64,000 bases of DNA from Anthoceros angustus (taxonomy: Eukaryota > Plantae > Anthocerotophyta): positions 868,001 to 932,000 of the forward strand of contig MU008151.1 of assembly GCA_010909165.1 (NCBI GenBank), read 5' to 3'. The position numbers were made by a program, and so were the translations under genes. Numbering within the stretch: position 1 is the first letter of the stretch; the number at the start of each line of letters is the position of its first letter. This document shows, piece after piece, positions 25,364 through 36,400 of this stretch. The notes below the pieces were generated by a model. It worked only from the letters and a program-made list of their open reading frames with translations, was not told the origin of the DNA and did no database searches.

Positions 25364-26135
25364 TTAGTTATCATTAAGAGAAGTAGACCTAATTGTTGGA
25401 AGCACTTTTTGAACATTGATGTTAAGTTAGCTGAATGTTTGAAGACATGAGATTGGCAGTTCATAAATGACCAGGTTAGAGGCATAGTGAAGGTGTGTAG
25501 GATACTCTTTGCCCACATACATGATGACAACGACTAATTTCAGGCTGTATTACATCTTGAAAAGTAGAATGGTAATGAAAAATACCTTTCTTTGATAATA
25601 GTTTTGGTAATAACCTTGGTAATAATTTGCATGGGCCATTTGTTAAGATATTGGATAGAGATAGATTTGAATAGAAACTGTAGATATAAGTTGGGATATG
25701 AGCTATTGGTAATTGGAGTGTGCATAATTAGGGACTGGAATGTGTGGAGTATTTGTTTGCCACTTGATAATTGTCGACAGTCTATACCCCAAATGTCAAT
25801 AGCTTATATCCAAAGTTAAATCACTAGTTCACATCCAAATCTATGTCTAATCGATATCCTAACAAGTCACCTCTACAAACAATTGCCAAGCTTTTGGCAA
25901 AAGTCAAAGGGAAGTTGGGTATTTTTCATCCCATTCTGGTTTTCAAGATGTAATAAAGCTTAAAATTGGTTATTGTCGTCGTGCACATGGGCAGAGAATA
26001 TCTTATATATTTCTACTATGTCTCTAACCCGTTGTCAATGGACTGTCAATCTATCGATGTCTTCAAACATTCAATCAACGAAGGCGTCTTAAAAATGCCC
26101 CAAACAATTAGGTCTATTTCCTTATCAATAATTAA
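25364..26135. mobile_element. Putative non-autonomous TIR element with ~220-bp imperfect terminal inverted repeats (Mutator-like architecture)
   Basis: 25364-25586 aligns to the reverse complement of 25917-26135 (tagacctaattgtt, tgaatgtttgaagacat, tattacatcttgaaaa, tgaaaaatacc); AT-rich and non-coding; no TSD found. Confidence 0.65.
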
Positions 26136-26514
26136 TTTTTAGTTTTGTTTCAAGAGATCACAAACTTCTCTCATGTTGTCAGAAGATCAAATTCGAGATC
26201 CCGAATTTTCCCTTCACAATAGAAAATAACTTGTCCCTTGGTTATGTTACTTCATCCTTATCCCATTCCACCATGTCAAACAAGATTATTGAGATCCTTG
26301 GCAGTTTTGCTTAACCTATGTCCGATATCGAAAGGAAAGGCAGGAAGGATTCAAGTACTGGAAACGGCCATAAAGGAGATCCAAATGCAGCAATTACTAC
26401 CACAAGTGTGAAGGCAGTTGATAATGCCTAATGAGTGTTACTCTTAGTTTGGTGGTTGGTGGCATAATGATTTTGTTCGCAACTTTATAATCTCAAATGC
26501 AATATGTGGGAAGC

Positions 26515-27100
26515 AAAAAGAGGGCTGAGGATCGTAATCTAGTGTAACATGACTCCATTGGCCAGGAGTTGGCCGCCAAAATCTTGCACAGGGGGTGAGG
26601 TGAGTCAGGCGGCACGTGTTCACCACAACTTGCTCAATAAGTGGCAAATTCACGTCACCCACCTCATCCACGGACACGACTCGCTTGGATGCACGCAGAC
26701 TCGACCCTCCCCATCCTCGTGTTTGGTGGGTGGGTATTGGCCCCTTCAAGCCCTGCAGCTGCCAGGACCAAAGCTCCAGTGCACACAGACGTGGTGTACT
26801 AGCATGGTGTGCTGGGATGTCCTGTGGGCCTGCAACATGTACGCAATCCAAAACTTACCTCATGGACGAGCTGAGAGGACGCCAACAAGATTGCTACAAG
26901 AAGGTGTGAGCAGCTTACTCCTCGCCTCTTGGACCCAGAGGCTGTGAGGGTCGGCATTTTGGTGTCTGACCTCTTTAGCACCTACCCAAAGCACTTGCAT
27001 ACCCTCCAGCCTTCACACTGCAACGGAAGGCCCGACAATGTCCGGGCTAGTGAAGCCCGGATGCAGAGCCATGCTTATCGTTGCCACCTTTCCGGGAGAT
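26515..27100 (-). pseudogene. Degenerate InhA-like DJ-1/PfpI paralog
   Basis: KVATISMALHPGFTSPDIVGP...YTTSVCTGALVLAAAGL...DYDPQP, with stops and deletions. Confidence 0.7.
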
Positions 27101-27359
27101 CCGTTGCGCAACCGCAACTTGGCCCTGGAAGAAATCGGACTCGAGGAACCCAGGATGTATAGCCTGAAGTGCAGCATCCTTATCTAGCATCATAAGCATG
27201 CATGCTCAAGCCTGCCAGGTGAACGAGTGGCAATGCACATGGTCAAGATACAGTGAACACATTCAGACTTCAGAGTTGACATAATCGTCAACCCACTCCA
27301 ACTCACCAACCCTTGGCCTCTTCCGAGTGCATGCATACATGCACGTGTCCAAGCCTTGA

Positions 27360-30300
27360 TCACGCCCGATCCCCACATGAACATGAGCCATCTGCAAACC
27401 GGTGCACACGGTGGGCATCTCTTACAATGATCTCTCGCTTCTCCAGGCGTGACATTATCTTGGTGCTCCCATGGCAGTCATTGCACATACGAAGGTTCTT
27501 GGTCACGACGAGAGTTGTGCCATCTGGAGTGTTTACAAGGCCATATGCCAATGCCAGTTTCTCCGCATGTCCACACAATGCATCTTCCTTTTCGCGGTCA
27601 GACATGTTAGTCTTGAGCACCAGCTCCTTGTGTGGCACATGGCCTCCTTCCACCTTCAGCCTCAGATTCATGCTCCTCAACGTTGAACCAATGTCAACCC
27701 TGTCTTCCCCACAGTGAACTCGTGCACCTGGTTCTCCACTTCAATGCACGCCTTGGCAGGCTTCTTCCATGCACCTGCACACTTCCTTAATCTTTCCACT
27801 TTCTCTACATCCGTCCACAATCCAGCATTTGCATACATGCTCCCCAAGAGAACATATGCTGACGCATCTTCAGGTTCCAGGGACACAAGGCGTTCAAAAC
27901 ATCTCCGTGCTCGATCTAGGTCACCGTGGATCTTGCAGGCACTCAGCAACGATGTCCATCCCACTACCTCGTTGGTGAAGGCCACAGATTGCAGCACTCC
28001 TTCTGCTTCCTCCAGGTGGCCTGAGCGGCCCAGAAGATCAACCATGCAATTGTGATGGTAATCAGTGGGCACAATACCATGCTCCTCCACCATCGTTTTA
28101 AAATATTGTCGGCCCTCGTTCACCAGCCATGCATGACTGCATGCAACCAAAGAGAGCTAAAAGTAGCTTCGTTAGGCTTCAGCCCTCGTCTACCATCTCT
28201 TCAAAACACTTTATCGCCATATGCCCGTCGCTGTGTTCGGCATACCCATTCAGCATGGCATTCCAAGTCACCACATCTCTGCTAGACAGTCTACTAAACA
28301 CTTGGCGGGCGTCCTCCAGGCTCCCGCACTTTGCATACATGTCCACCAGGCTGTTCCCCACAACAACATCACCCTCCAGTCCCCTTTCCCGAATCAGAAA
28401 ATGCAAGAGCTTCCCCTGATGCAAAGCGCCTACACTTGCACACCCTTTCAAGAGCCACATGAATGTGACGAGATTGGCTGGGATGATGCTCTCCTGTTGC
28501 ATACCTCTGTAAAGTTCCAGGACTTCTTGTCCACAACCGTGTTGAGCATACCCTCCAATCATGGCATTCCATGTTACGACATCCCTTATCGCCATTGTGT
28601 CGAACACTTTGCGAGCATCCTCTAAGCTACCACATTTTGCATACATTTCCACCAGGCAGTTACACACAACCAGATCATGTTCAAATCCTCTTTCCTCAAT
28701 CAGGGTGTGCAGCTGTTTCCTGATGCAATGATCTCTCACTGGTACATGCTTTCAGGAGGCACACAAACGTAACTTGATTAGCTGGAGTGACCCTTCCTCC
28801 TGCATGCAAGCATAAAGCTGAAGGGCATCTTCACCCAGCGCATGTTGCACATATCCAGCGATCATGGCAGTCCACGTCACAACATCTCTTGCAGGCAATC
28901 TGTCAAACACCCTCCGAGCATCCTCGATGCTCCCACATTTTGCATACATGTCCACTAGGCAGCTGCCAACACCAACCTCAGCTTCCAGTCCTTTTCGCTG
29001 AACCAGCAAATGGAGGTGCTTCCCCTGATGCAGATCTCCACACTAGCACATGCCTTTAAAAGGCACACGAAAGTAACTCGGTCTGCTGGAGTCATGCCGT
29101 TCTGCTGCATCGTTCTGAAAAGGTTCAGGGCTTCCTGACCAGACCCACGCTGAGCACATCCTGCAATCATAGCAGTCCAAGTTACCTCGTTTCGTACTGG
29201 TAAACTTTCAAAGACTGTGCGTGCGTCCTCCAAGCTCCCACATTTGGCATACATGTCCACCAGACAGCTGCCAACAACCACATCAACTTCCAACCCCTTT
29301 TCCTGGATCACCAAATGGAGATGCTTACCACACTGCAAATCTCCGATGCTGCCACAAGCTTTCAGAAGGCCAGCGTATGTAAAGTGATTCGCAACAGTGA
29401 GGCCCCTGCTCCATACTTGCATAAAGTTTCAAAGCTTCCTGACCACGTCCATGCTTAGCATACGCTGCTATCATGGTATTCCAAGTCACGACGTCCCTGG
29501 TGGCCATGAGGTCAAAGACTCCACGAGCATCCTCCAGGCTACCACATTTTGCATACATGTCCACCAACGAGTTGCTCACGAATATGTCTGGTTCATATCC
29601 GCCACCGACGATATCACCATGGACCTGCTTTCCACTTGCAAGATCCCCTGCAATCGCACATGCTTTAAGAACTGCCACAAAATATAGTTATTAGGCTTCA
29701 CGGAGCAGTCTTGCATCCGTCGATAAAGGTTGATAGCCCCAGTAGCCTGCCCATGGTCAGCATGCGCCTTGATAATGGAAGCCCACACGAAGGAGTTTGG
29801 CAAATCCAAGTTGGTCAGCACTTGCGTTGCTTCTTCCAACATGGCATGAGAAGCATACATTCGGATAATGTGATTGGCCAGAAAAGTGCTAGCCCCATTC
29901 CCGCTTCTCAAAGCAAGGGAGTGAACACGCCTGCCAAGAGGCAAATTTTTGTGCCCTATGCACCTCTTCAGGACCGTATAGAGAAGACGTGTGTCAACAC
30001 AAGTTCCTTGCTGCACCAGGCATTCCAGAGCTCCAATAGCCTCACTTAGCTCTCCCTCCTCACACAGTTTACTCCAGGTTTCGATCTGCTTATCTCGTTC
30101 ATACCTCCTGGCTAACCCCCAACGGCTAGCACCAGCACCCGACATTGAGGAAGAGCCAGCTGATCCAGCTCCCAGTTGAGCGTCAAACGAGGCTAGCTGC
30201 ATCTCCAGCCAAGCAGGATTGTAACGGTTGTTTAGCCATAGGGGCTCCTTGGTCACCTTGTGCCTGAAGTCGGGATGGCGGGGACTCTTCTTTTCCTGCC

Positions 30301-30765
30301 TATTGTCCCACCACTGGGCCGGATGTGAGAAGAAGTCTTGCCACAATTGGTCCTGTCTATGTTTCAGTGAGGTTGTCCGATCACTACCATTGGCTGCACA
30401 AGGACGAGCTTGTGTGTCACACTGCCCTGCACTGCCGGGTGTGAGTGGTTGGAAAGAGCGGGACAACGCTCCGCTCTGCAGAGCAACCTCTTGCTGTAGT
30501 GCCATCCCTCCGCTGACGAGAAGCGGCTGCAGAGCCATTCCAGCCACCGCGAGCGTCTGGTGCACAGCTTACCGTGAAAACCCACGATTTGCCATTGCTG
30601 AACGGGGATCCCACCCAGCCAGCCTGCTTTCGCCCCTTTCGCTCATCGACAAGTCGTCGTTGGGGCCCAATTTCGGCGGCTGGGCAGAACGGATGGTGCT
30701 GCAACGTACTCCGTGCTCCGCCTGCATTCCCATTCCCATTCCCAATCCCATTGCATCATCGTCAT
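27360..30765 (-). CDS. Organellar RNA-editing factor: N-terminal extension + OSB-type PDF motif + ~21 PLS motifs + E1/E2 + complete DYW:KP domain
   Basis: WQDFFSHPAQWWDNRQEKKSPRHPDFRHKVTKEPLWL; P-L-S triplets; AWKKPAKACIEV; CGHAEKLALAYG; NLRMCNDCH; ends CSCGDRA* at 27360. Several 1-nt frameshifts; exact start uncertain. Confidence 0.88.
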
Positions 30766-31295
30766 TTTGTGTGCATAAGTCTGTCTAGATTTCTAGACCT
30801 CCGCGCAGTTGGATCACTGCGAATAAGGGACATTGCATAGTAGGTACACATTGATGCTATGTAATCATTCCCAAACTCTGTGCAGGCTTTAACCCCATCT
30901 TCGGAGCTCCTGCTACACCGAAGTCAGGACGGTTTCCTTATGCGGGGCGTACAACTGATGTGACGCAAACTGAGGGTCTGCAATCTCTTTGAACGTGCCA
31001 AGAAGGCAAGCCAAAGAGCATGTATTCCCAGGAGATAGGTGACGATGGATGCTGGGTTCGCATGGCTGGTATGGGCCGTCCTGTCAGAGTGTAGGATGAT
31101 AGAAACTGAAGTGCCTTTCACAATGTATACGACAAGGCTATCTTAATCGCGCATTATCTTTCGAACTACCGTGAAACTGTATCGCCAGATGACTTTGGAG
31201 AAGAGAATCCAGCGGAGAGCCCGTAGCCCATAAATTCAAGTTCAATTTTGTGATGAATGGTGCCGGATGTGGCCCGGGTACTCTATTTTCGAATA

Positions 31296-32926
31296 CCGTG
31301 AAACTGTATCGCCAGATGCGGCAGTCGGCGATGAAGCCTAACAACCATATATTCGTGGCAGTCCTCAAGGCCTGTGCTGTGGCAGGGGACCTGGCTTCCG
31401 GGAAGGAGGTGCATACCGATATCCTGGAGAGTTCTCATGAGCCTGATGTGTTTGTTGGCAGCTCCTTGCTGGATATGTATGCAAAGTGCGGCAGTTTAGA
31501 GGATGCTCGTGCTGTGTTTGATGATTTGCCTATGAGAGATGTGGTGACATGGACTGCCATGATCGCAGGGTATGCTCAGCATGGACGAGGTCAAGAAGCG
31601 CTGGATTTGTATGCCTCCATGCAGCAGGACGGCTTGTATCCAGCCAATCACGTCACGTTTGTGTCCCTGCTAAAAGCGTGTGCCGTTGTGGGTGCTTTGC
31701 ATCAGGGCATGCAGCTCCATTCCTTGATTCGGAAAAGAGGGCTGGAGAATGATGTGGTCATCGACAGCTGCCTGGTTGACATGTACGCAAAGTGTGGGAA
31801 CTTAGAGGATGCTCGTAAATTTTTTGACAACCTGCCCACTAGAAGTGTGGTGACATGGAATGCCATGTTTGCAGGGTATGCGCAGCATGGACTTGGTCAA
31901 GAAGCCCTTGATCTTTATGCAAGCATGCAGCTAGAGGGCAAGACACTACCTGATCGTGTCACGTTCGTGTGCCTCCTCAAGGCTTGTGCCAGCCTCAGGG
32001 CTCTGCAGCAGGGAAAGCAGCTGCATTCTCTGATTCAGGAAAGGGTACTGCACACTGATATGGTTGTGGGAGCTGCCTAGTCGACATGTATGCCAAGTCA
32101 CCACATCTCTGCTAGACAGTCTACCAAACACTTGGCGGGCGTCCTCCAGGCTCCCGCACTTTGCATACATGTCCACCAGGCTGTTCAACGCACTTATTGC
32201 AGGGAATGCCCGGCATGGAGACAGTGTAGTGGTCTTTGACTTGGTTCGCAGAATGAGAGAGGATGGCATACAGCCAGACGAGGTCACATTCCTCAGTGTG
32301 CTCACAGTATGCAGCCATGCGGGTCTTGTGCACAAGGGGCGAGAGAACTTCGAGGTGATGAGGCGACAGTACAGCATCCCTCCTAGAGCCGAGCACTACA
32401 CTTGCATGGTGGATCTCCTGGGTCGAGCAGGCCAACTCGACGAGGCACTATCATGGGCAAGATCAATGCCCGTAGTCCCCGACGCTGCAGTTTGGCACAC
32501 TTTACTGAATGCTTGTCAAAAGTGGAGCAATGTTGAGGTGGGACGCTTTGCTTTCCATGAAGCAGTGAAGTTAGACGACAAAGATGCCGCAGCATATGTG
32601 TTGATGTCGAACATATACACCGGTGCTCAGATGTGGGAAGAGGCTTTGGAGATGCAGGCAAGAAGGACGGGAATCGGGGCATGGAAGCAGGCAGGCCAGA
32701 GCGGGTGGACAGACATGGAAGGGTGGTGCACACTTTTATGGTTGGGGATAAGGAGCATCCTGAGAGTGAAGTAATATATGCAAGCCTGGAACAGCTGGTC
32801 TCCAGAATGCAGAGAGAAGGTTATGTACCACACCTCGACTTGTCTTTGGAGGAAATGTCTGATGTTGGAGAGGAAGGGTTTTGCCTTGCAGGAACTGGTT
32901 GCCGTAAACGGGACCGGGACCTGTGA
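31296..32926 (+). pseudogene. Chimeric PPR: KP-gene-derived PLS array + 94-bp antisense patch + WW-lineage P2-L2-S2-E1-E2 and truncated DYW
   Basis: 31296-32098 matches 45415-46216; 32093-32186 matches 28263-28356; 32187-32926 encodes NALIAG...CSHAGLV...WKQAGQSGWTDMEG...HPESEVIY...GYVPHL, with no HxE motif. Confidence 0.75.
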
Positions 32927-33459
32927 ATGCATACCCAGGGTGCAGGCTGACAGCGTTGCCAGCCCCGAGCTGCTCCGTCACAAGCACAGGTATGAATGCT
33001 GAACACGTGGAGGAACGAACACCGTGGCAGGAAGGGCCGAACCAACACATGGAATCACAGGAACCCAAGATGTAAGTCCCTTTACAGCCTAATTGCAACC
33101 TTTGAACAGACAAGACTTGGGTCATGCTCCACCGTAACTGATCCTTCTGTATGTGATGCTGCAGACAACTATGGAGACCTTGCATGCCGCTTAATGGCAA
33201 TCCGAATGCAAGGTGCACAGAATCTGTTGGAAATGTGTTTACAATCGAAACATTGATTTTGCAACTGTTTCCATTGTATACACCCAATTGATAGCTTCAA
33301 TTCTGATCAAGCCCCCATCTTAGTGACGGGGTTGCATACAGTGTCCACTTCGAGACTCCAATATCAGAACTTTTCAAGCCGTGAAAATGTACAGACTGCG
33401 ACGTACCTCTTGTCAGATGATATGAGAAACCGAGGTATCAATGATTCTGTTGAAAATTT

Positions 33460-36400
33460 TCAACCCTCCACCAGAAATGCTTCGTCCTCGTCATCAGATA
33501 TGTCCCATGATGAGTCCAGATGTGGCACATACCCTTGCTTTTTCGTTTCGGGAACAAGCTGTTTCAACCTTGCATATATGCCGTCACTCTCAGGATGCTT
33601 TTTATCCCCGACCAGAAAACTATGAACCAGACCATCTCCGTTTGTCCACGAGCTGTGGCCCGGCTGCTTCCATGCCCCGACTCCTTTCCTTCTTACCTGC
33701 ATCTCCTGCGCTTCCTCCCACAACTGGGCACCAATATATATGTTGGACATCAGAACATATGCTGCAGAATCTTTTCATCAAGCTTTACTGCTTCGTGGAA
33801 AGCATGGGATGCCACCTCCACATTGCTCCACTTTCGACAAGCGCCCAACAGAGTGTGCCAAACTGCAGCTTGAGGCTGTACTGGCATTGTCCTAACCACC
33901 GCAAGTGCCTCATTCAGTTGGCCAGCCCGGCCTAGCAGATCAACCAAGCATGAGTAGTGCTGCATGGTGGGAGTGATGCCATATTGCCTGGTCATAGTCT
34001 CAAAGTATTCTTGTCCCTTGTCCACTAGACCCGCATGACTGCAGACTGCTATTACACTAAGAAACGTGATGCCATCTGGCTGTAATCCATCCTCTCTCAT
34101 TTTGTGAATCAACCCAATGACCAGTTCACTGTCTCCCAGACGAGTGTATCCAGCAATCAGTGCATTCCAGGCGACAATGTCTCTTTCCAGCAATGCATCA
34201 AACACCTGTTGTGCATCACCCATGCTGCCGGACTTGAATACATGTTTATCAAACTGATGGCTACAGACGCATCAGCTTGAAGCCCTTGTTCTTTTATCTC
34301 CGCATGCAGCTTCCTTCCACATGCAACGCTGCCACTCCTGCACAGGCTTGCAGAATGCAGACAATGTGACACAATCAGGATAAATGGTGCTTTCTTGCTG
34401 CATAAGGCTGTACAGACGAAGGGCTTCCTGACACTTGCCCTGCTGGGAGTATCCTGCTATGATGGCATTCCAAGTCACCACTGTTCTTTCGGGAAGCCTG
34501 TCAAATACGCTCTGAGCATCCTCTAGGCTGCCACACTTTGCATACATGCTCACTAGGCTGCAACCTACAACCACATCAGCTTCCAGTTCTCGTTCTTCAA
34601 TCTGCCAATGAAGCTGCTTCCTTCTCCAGGGCCGTGGTACCTACACTTGCACAGGCCTGCAGGAGACACGAAAATGTCACAGAATCAGGTGGACCAATGC
34701 CTTTGTTTCGCATCGCACTGTAAAGACAAAGGGCTTCCTCAACCATGCCTAGATGGGAATATCCTGCAATCATTACATTCCATGTCACCACATCTTTCTG
34801 AACAAGTCTATCAAACATGCTCTGCGCATCCCCAGGCTTCCACATTTTGTGTACATGTTTATCAAATTGTTGCCTACGGTCAGATCAGCTTCAAGGCCTT
34901 GTTCCTTAATCTGATCATGAAGTTCCTTTCCCTTGTCCAGAGCCAAGAATCCCAGGATGGCACATGCCTGAAGGAGGCACACGAATGTCACAGAAGTTGC
35001 TGCAGCCACACCCTCTTGTTGCATGGCAGTGTACAGGAAAGGGCTTCCTGGCCCAAGCCCCGCTGGCAGTACCCTGCTATCAAAGAGGTCCATGTCACCG
35101 CATCCTTTTCTGAAGTCTGTTGAATACTGTCTCAGCATTCTCGAGGCTGCCACACTTTGCATACATATTTACCAGGCTGCCACCTACAACTGCGTCAGCT
35201 AGCAGTCCTTGTTCTACAATTTGTGCATGAAGCTGCTTCCCTGTTCCAAAGCCAGAGTTCCCACACTTGCACAGGCTTGCAGCAGGCACACAAATGTCAC
35301 AGAATCAGGTGAAACGATTCCTTCTTGCAGCATGGCACTGTAAAGACAAAGCGCTTCCTGACCCATGTCCTGCTGGGAATATCCTGCTATCAAGGCATTC
35401 CATGTCACAACATCTTTTGACTAAGTCTGTCGAAGACAATGTGGGCATCCTGTAGGCTGCCACACTTCACATACATGTTGACGAGGCTGCAGCCTACAAC
35501 CATGTCCCGTTGAAGTCCTTCTTCTTCAATCTGTGCATGGAGCTGCATTCCCTTGTCCAAGCTGGGCTGCCCAGACTTGCACATGCATGCAGGAGGCACA
35601 CAAATGTTACAGAATCGGGTACAACCATGCCTTCTTGTTGCATGGCACTGTGAAGGTCAAGAGCTGTCTGACCCATGCCCTTGTGGGAATAACCTGTTAT
35701 CATGGCATTCCAGGTCGCCACGTTTTTCTGATGGAGTCTGTCAAACACTCTTTGAGCATCTTCCAAGCTGCCACACTTTGCATACATGTTTATCAAACTG
35801 TTAACCAGTAACATGTTGACCTGAAGCCTTTGGTCGCCGATCTTTGCATGAAGCTGCTTACCCCTTTCCAAGCTGGGGTTCCCATGCTTGCACAAGCCTG
35901 AAACAGGCACACAAACGTCACAGTATCAGGTGCAACTTTTCCTTCTTCTTGCATGGCACTGTAAACACGAATCGCTTCCTGACCCATTCCTTCTGGGAAT
36001 ATCCTGCTATCATGGCATTCCAAGTGGCCACATTTTTCTGATTAAGACTATTAAACACACACTGAGCATCCTGAAGAGTGCCACACTTTACATACATGTT
36101 TACCAGACTGCAGCCGACAACCACATCCATTTGAACTTTTCGCTCCACCATCTCTGCGTGAAGCCGCATCCCCTTCTTCAAAGACAGGGGCCCTAAACTT
36201 GCACATGCCTGCAGGAGGCATGCAAATGTCATGGAATTGGGTGCAATGATGCTTTGGTCTTGCATAGCACAGTAAACCTGCAGGGCTTCTTGACCCATGC
36301 CCTGTTGAGAATATCCTGCGATCATGGCATTCCACGTTACTACATCTTTTCGACCAAGTCTGATAAACACTCTATAAGCATCTTCCAAGCTGCCACACTT

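Noticed and set aside
25355-26145. 9-bp TSD for the long-TIR element
   Set aside because: The flanks (agctgcagg versus tttttagtt) do not match, so the Mutator assignment remains unproven.
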